Assembly: GCA_964598845.1 (NCBI GenBank)
Contig: CAZRDM010000002.1
Coordinates: 35,428 to 99,427 of the forward strand
DNA: 64,000 bases
DNA from: an uncultured Candidatus Bathyarchaeia archaeon
GTDB lineage: Archaea; Thermoproteota; Bathyarchaeia; 40CM-2-53-6
Direction: 5' to 3'
The translations under genes and the position numbers were made by a program. Positions 28,216 through 37,913 of the stretch are shown here, piece after piece. Below the pieces are notes generated by a model, which saw only the letters and a program-made list of their open reading frames with translations, was not told the DNA's origin and did no database searches. Positions within the stretch are counted from its first letter, which is position 1; each line of letters opens with the position of its first letter.

Positions 28216-31200
28216 GTGCATTGCCCCGGCGAGTTTGGAGAGCTATTGGTCTATATCAAGAGAGTCGACCTGAGAGGTTTCAAGACCTTCGGCAGGAAAG
28301 CAACGATTCATCTGGGCCGTGGGCTCACGATCATTACCGGTCCGAATGGCTCGGGCAAATCGAACATCTTGGATTCAGTAAAGTTCGCCCTCGGCGAATT
28401 GAGTCCCAAAGAGCTTAGAGGCGAAACCATCTCAGACCTCATTCACCGGGGAACACAACAAGCGTCTTCAAGATCCGCATACGTTGCCGTCCAATTCGAT
28501 AACCACGACAGGCGCATACCGATAGATTCTGAGGCTGTTACAATTTCTCGGGAATTCCATAGAGGCGGAGAGGGTGTCTATAGGCTCAACGGCAAGAGAA
28601 TTTCGAGAAAGCAACTCACCGACATCCTCTCCTCCGCAGACATCCAGGTTTCCAGCTACAACATAGTTCCCCAACATGCAATAACAAGGCTTGCCGAGGT
28701 CAACCCTGAAGAACGCCGTAAGATCATAGAGGACATGGTCGGAATAGCCGTATATGATAACAAGAAAGCCTCCGCCCAAGCCGAGCTGCAACATGCCGAT
28801 ATAAATCTGAAGGTAGCCTCAGCCAAGATTGACGAGGTAAGACTACGGGTCGAGTCGCTAGAAAGAGAACGGAATGACTACCTAAAGTATTTACAGATCC
28901 GCAAAGAGATAAACCAACTTCAAGCGAAAGCTGTATCGTACAAAATCCAGAAAGCCAGACAAGAAGCCAACAAGATTGAGGAAGAGATAGGACTACGCCA
29001 ACAGCAGATTCAAGAACTTCGCACAGGTCGGGACGGCTTACTCAAGAAAAAATCCAACGTCGAATCTGAGAAGAGGGAATACGAAGAGTCTGTCACTGAG
29101 AAGGGCAACGCCAAGCTCTTGGAAGTTCAACGTGCAATAGGAGACGTAAGCGCCACTATTGCCAGCCTCAGAGCACAGGCAAGCGCCCTCGAAGCAAACA
29201 TCAAGTCATTTCAGAAGCAAAAAGCTGAGCTTGAGGGAAGCGCCGCCGATATTGTTGAAAAGATTACGAACGCAAGGAAGGAACTGCGTGAACTCAGGAT
29301 TCAACATACCAGATTGCTGAAGGCCATCGAAACCAAACAGGTTCTAGCTGACGAATCGTCCAAACTACTCACAGAGCTTAGGGAGAGGCTCGGGGAAAAT
29401 AGCAGGGAGGCGGAAGAACTTGAGCGCTCGATAAATGCTTTGACTCATAGGACAATCAAATTCAACGCTCAGATCAAGGCAAGCGCGACAAAGATCGACC
29501 TTTTGGAAAATCACATGCACACATTGAGGTCTCGAAAGGAAGAGTACGAGACACTTCTCCGGAGTGTCACGAAACGACTCGAAGAACTCGCACTGATAAA
29601 GAAGGGGGAAGAGACAAGAGTTGAAGAGGCGGATAGGAAGATCGCCGAGTATTCCGAAGTAAAGTCACAGCGTGCACAGGAAATCGTGAACGCCAACGAA
29701 GTCGCGAAGCGAGCTGGGTTCGCTCTTGTTGAGATCGAATCGCAGAATAACCTCGCAGAGAATCTTGCCTCTGAAGATAGGGCACTTAGCCTAATCGAAG
29801 AGATGGCAGAGTCGTGTGCCCTTTCTGGTGTGTACGGAAGACTCAGCGAACTCGTCAGGGTAGGACCAGATTATTCCAAGGCGGTAGAGGCTGCCGCAGC
29901 CGGTTGGATGAAGGCCCTTGTAGTCAAGAACCTCGAAACCGCTGTATCCTGTATCGAGGTTCTAAAGAGAACGAGAATAGGCCGAGTCAAGCTAATTCCA
30001 TTGGAGGATCTGACCAAGTCAAAGAAACTTCGTATTCCCGGCGATCTGAAGGAGATAATTGGCCCCCTCACCGAACAACTCATCTTCGCAGAGCGCTTCA
30101 GGCCCGCGGTGAACCACGTATTCGGGGATACAGTTCTAGCCCTCAACCAAAAATCTGCGTTCCTCGCATCCCTGAAAGGCATTAGAGCGGTTGCAGTAGC
30201 AGGCGACCTCTACGAACCGGGCGGTGCAATGGAAACTGGCTACTACAGACAACCCTTCGACATCTCCAGATTACTCCTCAAGGGTCAAACAGTTCAACAA
30301 CTGAAAGGCACCCTAGCATCACTTGAGAAACTTGCATGCAAGGCTGGAGAGGAAATCGGGAGGTTAGAGCAAGAAGTTCTAGACCAGACCAGGAGTAAGG
30401 CCCATACTCAGAGCCTCATTTGTTCAACGGAAAAAGAGATCGCAAGCTTCACCGAGAGCCTGGAACGCGCACGAAGGATCATCGAAGACACCGACGTTCG
30501 CATTGAACGAATAGTACATGAAGTCGGCACTGAGAAGGCAATGCTAGAGGCGAGCGTATCACAGAAAAGCAAGATACAAGAGCGCTTGCGGAGTTATGAG
30601 CGGGATCGTGCGTCGCTGAAACTTCGGTCGCGATCAGCAACTCTGCTCGAACAGGAAAATGTCCATATGAGGCTCAATCAAGAGCTGAATGACCTAGTTC
30701 GAGTCAGAATCGAGACTGAAAGTCGAATTGGATCACTGACTTCAACGGTTGCAGTCATCGAACCCTCCATAGAGCAGACAAAGATTCAAACTTCAAGCAT
30801 CGAGAGACAAGCTCAGAAAATGGCAAATGACCTAACAGCAACCCAAGCGGAACTCTCAAAGTTTGAAGACCAGCTCAAACAGTTGAAGGAGAACCGCGAT
30901 AAGCTCTCCGAAGAGCTATCGTCCGTTAGGATAAGACGTGCGGAGTACGACACCCAACTCAAGAAAATGGACTCTGAGATAACGAGAATCCTTGACAAAC
31001 TCGATCCTTTGAGCAACGATTTCGCCAATCTGACCGCCTCAAGTAAACAGCTTCAGATGCAGATTGAGTTCCACATTAACGACTTAAAGGAACTCGGATA
31101 CTCTGATGTCTTGGAGGTTTCAGAAGATGAAATTGAGAGAGTGGAGGGAATTCTTCAGACTCTAAAGAAGGAACTGGCTTCTATTGGCGGAGTAAACGAG

Positions 31201-31797
31201 CTTGCAGCCTCACAATACGAGGAAGTCAAAGAGAACTACAAGCACCTCGCTTCGAGGATTTACGGGTTAGAGAAGGAGAAGCTGTCGATCATGCAATTCA
31301 TGAACGAACTGGATCGTCAGAAGCATGAAAGCTTCATGCGAGCGTTCGGCAAGGTCAGCGAATCGTTCAATGAGATCTTCTCAACTGTTACTGGAGGAGT
31401 GGGAAGGCTATTCCTTGAGAAACCTGAAACCCCTTTTGATGGAGGGGCGGACATAAGGCTCCAATTCCCTGGCAAGACGGAGATGGCTATTGGAAGTGCA
31501 AGTGGTGGCGAGAAATCGGTAGGAACAGTTTGCTTCATCTTGGCTCTCCAAACCATCCACCCAATGCCGTTCTACATTATGGATGAGATTGACGCCCACC
31601 TTGACGTAGTGAATTCTCAACGCCTGGCGGAGCTTCTCAAAGCTAAATCGAAGGGGTCACAGTTCATCGTTGTCTCGTTGAAAGATGTAACAATCACGCG
31701 CGGCGACGCAGTCTACGGCGTGTTCGTTCAGGACGGAGTTTCCCAAGTTGTCAGCTTGCCCATGCAGGAGATGAAAATTGTTGGAAGAGCTCGGTAA
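28216..31797 (+). CDS. smc: Chromosome segregation protein SMC
   Basis: 1193 aa with N-terminal Walker A GPNGSGKSN, long coiled coils, a hinge, and the C-terminal signature SGGEKS plus Walker B IMDEIDAHLD. Confidence 0.9.
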   Translation: MHCPGEFGELLVYIKRVDLRGFKTFGRKATIHLGRGLTIITGPNGSGKSNILDSVKFALGELSPKELRGETISDLIHRGTQQASSRSAYVAVQFDNHDRRIPIDSEAVTISREFHRGGEGVYRLNGKRISRKQLTDILSSADIQVSSYNIVPQHAITRLAEVNPEERRKIIEDMVGIAVYDNKKASAQAELQHADINLKVASAKIDEVRLRVESLERERNDYLKYLQIRKEINQLQAKAVSYKIQKARQEANKIEEEIGLRQQQIQELRTGRDGLLKKKSNVESEKREYEESVTEKGNAKLLEVQRAIGDVSATIASLRAQASALEANIKSFQKQKAELEGSAADIVEKITNARKELRELRIQHTRLLKAIETKQVLADESSKLLTELRERLGENSREAEELERSINALTHRTIKFNAQIKASATKIDLLENHMHTLRSRKEEYETLLRSVTKRLEELALIKKGEETRVEEADRKIAEYSEVKSQRAQEIVNANEVAKRAGFALVEIESQNNLAENLASEDRALSLIEEMAESCALSGVYGRLSELVRVGPDYSKAVEAAAAGWMKALVVKNLETAVSCIEVLKRTRIGRVKLIPLEDLTKSKKLRIPGDLKEIIGPLTEQLIFAERFRPAVNHVFGDTVLALNQKSAFLASLKGIRAVAVAGDLYEPGGAMETGYYRQPFDISRLLLKGQTVQQLKGTLASLEKLACKAGEEIGRLEQEVLDQTRSKAHTQSLICSTEKEIASFTESLERARRIIEDTDVRIERIVHEVGTEKAMLEASVSQKSKIQERLRSYERDRASLKLRSRSATLLEQENVHMRLNQELNDLVRVRIETESRIGSLTSTVAVIEPSIEQTKIQTSSIERQAQKMANDLTATQAELSKFEDQLKQLKENRDKLSEELSSVRIRRAEYDTQLKKMDSEITRILDKLDPLSNDFANLTASSKQLQMQIEFHINDLKELGYSDVLEVSEDEIERVEGILQTLKKELASIGGVNELAASQYEEVKENYKHLASRIYGLEKEKLSIMQFMNELDRQKHESFMRAFGKVSESFNEIFSTVTGGVGRLFLEKPETPFDGGADIRLQFPGKTEMAIGSASGGEKSVGTVCFILALQTIHPMPFYIMDEIDAHLDVVNSQRLAELLKAKSKGSQFIVVSLKDVTITRGDAVYGVFVQDGVSQVVSLPMQEMKIVGRAR

Positions 31798-32452
31798 GCC
31801 CTTCTGGCTGAGACCTCCGTACTTAGTACTATTCGATCTCTTGCGTCTTCATAGGGTCAAGCCTTGGGATGTTGATATCGCCTTCTTGTTGAACTCATTT
31901 CTTGCGGAGATGAAAAGGATTGGGTACATTGACTTCTCTGCTTCAGGCACGGCTTTGCTTTCGTCATCGATCGTGCACCGGATGAAATCAGAACTTGTCC
32001 TGAAGATGGAGGAGCCACCAAAACCACCGGCACCAAGGCCTAATGAGGAGATACCCCCTCCGCTGTCTTTCCCGCTGCGATTTGAGTACACGGCCACATC
32101 AGTGGTTGAGATCCTCAGCGCGCTTCAACAGGTCTTGGAGAGTGAGAAAAATCTCTTAGCAAGGAAGCCGTTCGTGCTGACTCCACCATCCGTCTTCGAA
32201 CAAATAGATGAGTTTCTTGCAAACATCCAAGAGAACATTGAGGAGTTCTTCGCGAAACTCATCAAGCTGAGCATCAGAGGATTACCACTCTCATTCAAGA
32301 AGTTGGTTAAGGGCGAAAACCTCCTAGAAATCGTCAGAGTGTTCATCATGCTCCTCTTCCTTGCCAATGAGAAGAGAATCCTACTTGCACAAGACGAACA
32401 ACGTTCAGATATCCTGATACGATTGGGGGAGGTAGCACCATCTATTGCTTGA
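31778..32452 (+). CDS. scpA: Segregation and condensation protein A (kleisin)
   Basis: The N-terminal KPWDVDIAFLLNSFL motif. It overlaps the smc stop in an operon arrangement. Confidence 0.75.
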   Translation: MLEELGKPFWLRPPYLVLFDLLRLHRVKPWDVDIAFLLNSFLAEMKRIGYIDFSASGTALLSSSIVHRMKSELVLKMEEPPKPPAPRPNEEIPPPLSFPLRFEYTATSVVEILSALQQVLESEKNLLARKPFVLTPPSVFEQIDEFLANIQENIEEFFAKLIKLSIRGLPLSFKKLVKGENLLEIVRVFIMLLFLANEKRILLAQDEQRSDILIRLGEVAPSIA

Positions 32453-32486
32453 AACCCCGAGTGAAACATCTCAATTACCACGGAAA

Positions 32487-33038
32487 ATGATGAGCAAAGT
32501 TGTGCTCGTTGAAGCAGCGCTATATGTATCAGGAAGGCCCGTTGACGTTAAGACACTTGGTTCAGTCGTCGGATTCCGATCCGAAGATAAGATCAGAAAA
32601 CTTGCCCGATTTCTCAAGGACAAATACGGAAACGATGGGAGCTCCTTGGAGATCTTGGAATTGAGCGATGGCAGGTTTGTAATGCAACTCAAACCACAAT
32701 TCGTTAGGCACGTCAAGCGCCTCGCTCAGAAACAACTTCTCTCCCTAGGTCCAATGAAGACCCTCTCCTTCATTGCCTACCGTCAACCCATCGTGCAATC
32801 GTACCTCGCAAAGGTAAGAGGAAACCTCACCTATTCGCATGTGAGGCAGCTTAGGGAAATGGGCCTGCTGACTGAGGAAAAAGTAGGTAGAACTAAAGTC
32901 CTCCGGACTACCCCTAACTTTGCTGACTATTTCAATCTGAGCCATGACTTGCAGATGATGAAAAAGCAGCTAGAGAAACTCTTTCAAACCATTAGGGAAG
33001 AGAAATCTACGAAGAAAAGGAGGACTATGTCCATATGA
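32487..33038 (+). CDS. scpB: Segregation and condensation protein B (ORF begins at 32445)
   Basis: Tandem wHTH domains (VEAALYVSGRPVDVKTLGSVVG...LSLGPMKTLSFIAYRQPIVQSYLAKVRG). Confidence 0.75.
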   Translation: MMSKVVLVEAALYVSGRPVDVKTLGSVVGFRSEDKIRKLARFLKDKYGNDGSSLEILELSDGRFVMQLKPQFVRHVKRLAQKQLLSLGPMKTLSFIAYRQPIVQSYLAKVRGNLTYSHVRQLREMGLLTEEKVGRTKVLRTTPNFADYFNLSHDLQMMKKQLEKLFQTIREEKSTKKRRTMSI

Positions 33039-33204
33039 ACAACCAGATAGGACACATCGGGACTGACATCCGCGAAGCCGAGGAATATCAACGAAAGCGA
33101 TGAGAACCATTACCTGCTCACCATACGATCCGAACTTGGAACAACCCTTAAATGAACGACTTATTGCCTGTCCCCCAATACGTTACTCGGAGCTTGATAA
33201 TGAA

Positions 33205-33600
33205 ATGCCTCAGTGGCACGGCGACTTGCATAAGCGCAAGAAGACAGGAGGCAAGAGACATGTCTCCCGAGGCAAGCGCGCTTTTGAGATGGGCAGTGAC
33301 GCTGCTGAGACGATTGTGGGAGAGAGACGGATCACAGAGAAGAGAGGGCGGGGCGGGAAGAGTAAACTCCGCGCCTTGGCCGTGAACTATGCAAATGTGA
33401 CAGACCCTACGACCGGGAAGAGCCAGAAAACTGAGATTCGCGGAGTCATAAAGAATCCAGCCAACGTCGACTATCAGCGCCGAGGCGTCATAACCAAAGG
33501 CGCCGTTGTCGATACTCCCCTGGGGCAGGCGATAGTCACTTCAAGACCGGGTCAACATGGGGTCGTAAACGCCGTGCTCATCCAAGCTTCCGTAAAGTAG
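33205..33600 (+). CDS. rps8e: 30S ribosomal protein S8e (ORF begins at 33100; the start MPQWHGDL is typical)
   Basis: MPQWHGDLHKRKKTGGKRH is the S8e N-terminal signature. Confidence 0.85.
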   Translation: MPQWHGDLHKRKKTGGKRHVSRGKRAFEMGSDAAETIVGERRITEKRGRGGKSKLRALAVNYANVTDPTTGKSQKTEIRGVIKNPANVDYQRRGVITKGAVVDTPLGQAIVTSRPGQHGVVNAVLIQASVK

Positions 33601-33658
33601 CCTTTCTCCACTTACAGATTCTTCCCCGATATTCTCCAGAAATTGGGGCGAATATCTC

Positions 33659-33973
33659 ATGAAACTTCAGGAAAAAATCATTGTCTGGCCTGCAAACCTT
33701 GACTCATCGAAAAGCCGATGTGAAGGCCGCAAGATTCCGAAAGGCATAGCCTTGCAGGCTCCGAGGCTTGAGGAGATAAGAGAAGCCGCAGCGCGACTCT
33801 CGCTTGAGGTCGAGGTTGTTCCTGCCAAATCTAGACCGAGAACTTGGTGGGAGAAAGCCGGCTATGTCATTCTTCCACGGAAGCAAGCAAAAGTCGCCGT
33901 AGTGCGCACACTAGCTAATGAGATCAGAAAAATAAGGTCCGCAAAGACTGCCCCTGAGAAAGATAGGAAGTAG
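33659..33973 (+). CDS. srp19: Signal recognition particle protein SRP19
   Basis: 104 aa with IVWPANLDSSKSRCEGRKIPKGIAL (SRP19 fold). Confidence 0.85.
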   Translation: MKLQEKIIVWPANLDSSKSRCEGRKIPKGIALQAPRLEEIREAAARLSLEVEVVPAKSRPRTWWEKAGYVILPRKQAKVAVVRTLANEIRKIRSAKTAPEKDRK

Positions 33974-33990
33974 TTTTCAAACAATGATAA

Positions 33991-35102
33991 TCACTCTAAA
34001 ACCTCTCCAGTCATCGTAACATCCACTAACTCTCCCGCCTCGAGGGCAGTTACGTTTTCAGGAATCGTCACGATACCGTTCGAAGCAACTATACTCACCA
34101 ATGCGGAAGAACGTTGAAGCTTCAAGGGCTGAGCAACCAATCCCTCCGACGTTTCTCTCACGGAGACTCTTACGAAAGTTCTGTAACCATGCGGTCCGCT
34201 TATCCTTTCGTTGAGCCTAGCCTTCACAACGGGTTCAAACCTTTGCCGAGCATGGAGAACCCTCGAAATCAGAGGTCGGCCGAAGATACGGAAGGCAATA
34301 ATCGCTGAAACGGGGAAACCTGGGAGCGAAAGAGTTGGCTTCCCCTTCACAACTGCTAAGCCGGTCGCGAGAGAGGGACGCATCGCTATGCCGTGCACAA
34401 TCATTCCCGGTTCTCCAATCTTGTCTATGCAGGTTGGGACCAGATCCTTATTTCCTACGGAAGACCCCGCGCTAATCAAGACAGCGTCACATGACCGGAT
34501 ACCTCTTCGAAGCACTCGTATTATCTCGACTTCTTTCGCACAACTCGAATTGACAGCAATCCTAGCAACTTGAAAATCCCAAGGTCTTCAGAACGAACCC
34601 GCCTGCTTTTCCGGAGAACTGAAGTCCCCGGTCTGACATCCTCGCCCTTCCGCGATATGTTCTGTCCCGGAGTAGCGGATGCCTAGACCTCAATTCTTCC
34701 TCCCCGGATGGAGTTGGTTCGCTCCACTGTGACGACCGTGTCAGCACCGCAGGGAATCATGCTACCCGTAGCTACCGCTACCGCTTCCCCTGCCTTTACG
34801 CTGGCTCGAGATGCCTCACCCAACCTGCTCTCTCCAACGACCTGCAAGACAGCTGGATTCTCGTCAGAAGCGTTCCGAGTATCCTGTGAGCGAACGGCAT
34901 ACCCATCCATTGCAGACCGATCTGTGGGTGGGATCCACTGCTTCGCCACAATGTCCTCTGCCAACACCCTGCCAAGAGCTTCCTTGACGTCTACGCGTTC
35001 CGGTTTGATTGATAGAGTCCGAAATGTTCCAAAAAACAGGCGGAGAGCGTCATCCATCTTTGTGACCTCGGTAAACCCTGCACGGTGAAGACGATCAGGC
35101 AT
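33991..35102 (-). pseudogene. moeA: Molybdopterin molybdenumtransferase MoeA pseudogene (in-frame TAG, frameshift and internal deletion)
   Basis: The N-terminal part ends at TAG (34683-34685). The same frame continues ASATPGQNISRKGEDVRPGTSVLRKSRRVRSEDLGIFKLLGLLSIRVVRK, matching the conserved MoeA RPGENIRRKGEDI...VVRKP region. The C-terminal part (RIAVNSS...DAVLISAGSSVGNKD...) is in another frame. About 30-40 residues are missing between the TGDEL region and the GGVSVG region. Confidence 0.7.
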
Positions 35103-35155
35103 CCAGATCACCCGCAACTCACAGAAGAATACGATTAAGCAGATATGCAACACGG

Positions 35156-35419
35156 TTGCCATCTTTGGATATCCAGATTTGTACGATCGACATCCTTGCC
35201 TTGGTCGCAATTGCGCTCTTGGGGATTCTAGTCTTACTGGGACTCCTCGTTTGGTTTGGAGGATCTAGAAGTGCAGCCGCGAGTGAACCTATCATAGAAC
35301 TTGAGAAGTCGGTGAATTGCGTATCTTGCGGATCCTCAATTCCGGAAGAAACTCCTAAGTGCGCCTTTTGCGGCGCTTGGGAAACAAAGGCAGATTCTCT
35401 TGGATCGACCAATCCTTAA
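35156..35419 (+). CDS. Possible small membrane-anchored zinc-ribbon protein
   Basis: TM helix ILALVAIALLGILVLLGLLVWF followed by CVSCG...CAFCG. There is no homology support. Confidence 0.3.
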   Translation: MPSLDIQICTIDILALVAIALLGILVLLGLLVWFGGSRSAAASEPIIELEKSVNCVSCGSSIPEETPKCAFCGAWETKADSLGSTNP

Positions 35420-35467
35420 ATAAAGACCACTGGGCCAAAAGGCGCGAACGCCGCCGTGGTTGCATGA

Positions 35468-35608
35468 GCCGCCGTGTGCGCTTAGGCGTAGACGACAGCT
35501 CAGTGGTTAGAGCAGCGGACCCTGAGATGGCCGTAGGGGGCTGAAGCTGTTAAGCTGGAAGACGCAGCGACCCGTTGGTCGCAGGTTCGAGTCCTGCCGG
35601 CGGCGCCA
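35468..35608 (+). tRNA. tRNA-like gene with a genomically encoded CCA and apparent non-canonical intron(s). It is about 141 nt and the anticodon was not resolved.
   Basis: The 5' acceptor GCCGCCG pairs with CGGCGGC-G-CCA at the 3' end. The T-arm is GCAGG-TTCGAGT-CCTGC and the D-arm GCTC-AGTGGTTA-GAGC. About 21 nt separate the acceptor from the D-arm and about 50 extra nt lie in the anticodon region. Confidence 0.5.
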
Positions 35609-35802
35609 CTACCCATCCGAAATCTGAAGGAGTCCACAAATACGTGCAAAACTCTGTTCTTGAGGAAGCAGTCGCTGAAAATTAGACTATGTGCTCGTGC
35701 AGTAGTTTAGAGATTAAAAGGCAAGGATTGAAGCAGAGCAAATAGTTTGATTTGCCCGTAGTTCTCACATCACTCTCTTCTGTGCGAGTAGGTTGAATCA
35801 GC

Positions 35803-36477
35803 TTGCTAGAAGGGGGAGCGCCGCAAGTTGAGACTAAGGTTCAGAATGTTGTGGCTTCTGGAAATTTGAGTCAACATCTAGACTTGGATTCCATTCTGAA
35901 GGTGACCCCAAGAGCAAACTACGATCCCGCTAAGTTTCCAGGCCTAGTTTACAGACTAAAGAAACCTGCGACAACGACACTATTGTTCAGTACAGGAAGG
36001 ATGATCTGCACTGGGGCTAAGTCCGAGAGGTCAGCCAAGACCGCAATCACGAGAATTGTAAACGAGCTCAAGGATCATGGCATACTTGTTCTAGGGAAAC
36101 CTGATGTTAGAATCGAGAACATTGTGGCTACGGGCGACCTCGGTGGCATTATTGATCTAGAGGATGCGGCAGAGCATCTGGCAAAGACGATGTACGAACC
36201 TGAACAGTTTCCCGGCCTGATCTTCAGGATGGATGACCCGAAGGCTGTGATTCTGATTTTCGCAAGTGGGAAACTAGTTATCACGGGGACCAAGAGGGAA
36301 ATTGAAGTCAAACTCGCCGTTCAGAGACTCCGAGAGACACTCAATAGGCATGGACTCATATTCTGTCAAAAACCACCAAATGGCAGCATTCCAGCGAAAC
36401 TTTCCAGATCGGCTGCTCCGACAGTTTCCGTTGTGCTCTTTGATGATAATGTGCTCAAGAAGAAAATCGCGGCGTAG
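35803..36477 (+). CDS. tbp: TATA-box binding protein
   Basis: Two TBP repeats (NVVASGNLSQHLDLDSI...FPGLVYRL and NIVATGDLGGIIDLEDAA...FPGLIFRM), plus a C-terminal extension of about 30 aa. Confidence 0.9.
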   Translation: MLEGGAPQVETKVQNVVASGNLSQHLDLDSILKVTPRANYDPAKFPGLVYRLKKPATTTLLFSTGRMICTGAKSERSAKTAITRIVNELKDHGILVLGKPDVRIENIVATGDLGGIIDLEDAAEHLAKTMYEPEQFPGLIFRMDDPKAVILIFASGKLVITGTKREIEVKLAVQRLRETLNRHGLIFCQKPPNGSIPAKLSRSAAPTVSVVLFDDNVLKKKIAA

Positions 36478-36798
36478 AGTATTCATGCAACAAGTGAGGG
36501 GGCGCAGTTGCAAGACTTCAGACCCATCCTTCTCAATGCAAAATTCAAGACGGTAGATTCGACTACTGCAGCGCCTACCATCTGCTCTTCCAATTCTTCC
36601 GAACCCCTGTAAGATTGGGGCAAGCTCGAAGAGTCTCTAGCCAGCTCCTGACAAAAGTCGGATGAATTGGAACTGAACCTGACTTCTAGCTCGAAATGCT
36701 CTCTAAGTATTTTGCCTGCATGATAGAAGGGTCAACATTGATTAGAATGCGGAATCGATCACGTGTATATCTAAACCGCTTTGTGAGGTGCGAAACGA

Positions 36799-37101
36799 TT
36801 GAAGCGCTCTGCTTGGGCACTTCTTGCAACGATTGTCATCCTGCCTCTAGTTGTCGGAACATTAACTATTCTGACATTGCCTCGACTGAGTTCTCTCAAT
36901 GCTCCTACTTGGTTATCTGAATGTAGCGCTTACGCTAATCCCTTTGAACCTCCTTACCCCCGAGTTCCTGAGTCATGCAAGTCTCTATTGATACCGCTCC
37001 TCTTGCTCGCTGCGGTTTTGTTCTCTATTGCCACCCTCAGGAGTACGCGGCGGAAAAAGACGAAAGATAGAGTTGTGGGGCCACGTCAGGGTCTCGAATG
37101 A
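36799..37101 (+). CDS. Hypothetical small membrane protein
   Basis: Two hydrophobic helices and a basic C-terminus. Support is weak. Confidence 0.3.
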   Translation: MKRSAWALLATIVILPLVVGTLTILTLPRLSSLNAPTWLSECSAYANPFEPPYPRVPESCKSLLIPLLLLAAVLFSIATLRSTRRKKTKDRVVGPRQGLE

Positions 37102-37117
37102 CTCATGGGATCTGCAC

Positions 37118-37771
37118 CTAGTCCGCAAAGGTCACTTCGAAAACACAGAATTCATGCCCTAGGGATGCACACTCTATCTCGGAACTCGCAGCCGCCTTCT
37201 TGCTGAGGTAAGCTTCCAGATAACCCACAATTCCTCCTCGCACCACATGGCATGTCGGCTCCATGGAGGTACGTTCATAGGAGAGCGGAGTGCCTCTAAA
37301 CTTGACAAGATATAGAGTTCTGCTGCTCTCTTTCCTCTTCTCGAAGACTAAACATCTTCCCCAGCCGCGAAGCCTCGCAACTCTGTCCAAGACCTCACCC
37401 AAATCGTTCTCGGACTTGATATCGTCCTTTGAGTAATGGCAGATGGTGCGTCCCATTTCATTTCCCATGTTGTAGAGCAATATCTCAGCGACTCGCCTCC
37501 CAGCCATTGATACAAGCTTATCCACAAAAGCTTGAAACGTTTTCACTCTAAATGAAACGATTCGGGTGCTATCTTCCAGAATCCAACCGTTCTCTTCGTC
37601 TCTCGTTAGACTACCAAGACTACGTTCAGTTTGTGACAATTGTGAGCTACGCGTTTCGTTTCCTTGGTTGAGTAAAGCCTTGCGACCGATCAGGTCTGAC
37701 GAGACAAGAGAGGCTAGAGATTTAAAGAAGGAAGGCTCTTTTCTCTTAACTTCTAAACTCATCGCTTCCAA
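37118..37771 (-). CDS. V4R-domain protein (predicted small-molecule/hydrocarbon-binding, COG1719-like)
   Basis: C-terminal CHVVRGGIVGYLEAYL...CASLGHEFCVFEV matches the V4R Cys pattern. Confidence 0.55.
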   Translation of the reverse strand: MEAMSLEVKRKEPSFFKSLASLVSSDLIGRKALLNQGNETRSSQLSQTERSLGSLTRDEENGWILEDSTRIVSFRVKTFQAFVDKLVSMAGRRVAEILLYNMGNEMGRTICHYSKDDIKSENDLGEVLDRVARLRGWGRCLVFEKRKESSRTLYLVKFRGTPLSYERTSMEPTCHVVRGGIVGYLEAYLSKKAAASSEIECASLGHEFCVFEVTFAD

Positions 37772-37913
37772 GATCTTATGTGTCCGCCATTTCCTGTCTA
37801 TGAGGGTTCACATGCTTCTAGCGGCTCTTGTCTTTCAGAAAAACTTCTGCAGAGCAAACACGGACCCGCTTCTCCACGATCAAGGGCTTGTGTCGTCCGA
37901 ACCTGTTACGATA

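Noticed and set aside
34683-34685. In-frame TAG within moeA as a possible pyrrolysine codon
   Set aside because: The TAG is flanked by conserved MoeA sequence, which could suggest read-through. However, a frameshift and a 30-40-residue deletion follow within 150 nt, and nothing else in the window suggests a Pyl-encoding lineage. Pseudogenisation is the simpler explanation.
35450-35476. 9-bp direct repeat gccgccgtg x2 at the 5' edge of the tRNA-like locus
   Set aside because: It is too short, and the second copy forms the tRNA acceptor stem itself. It probably arose by chance or local slippage rather than as an att site.
36480-36800. Apparent gap between tbp and the next genes, containing short ORFs (36302..36556 and 36274..36513)
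   Set aside because: The translations show no motif or hydrophobicity pattern. They are most likely 3'UTR or promoter space.
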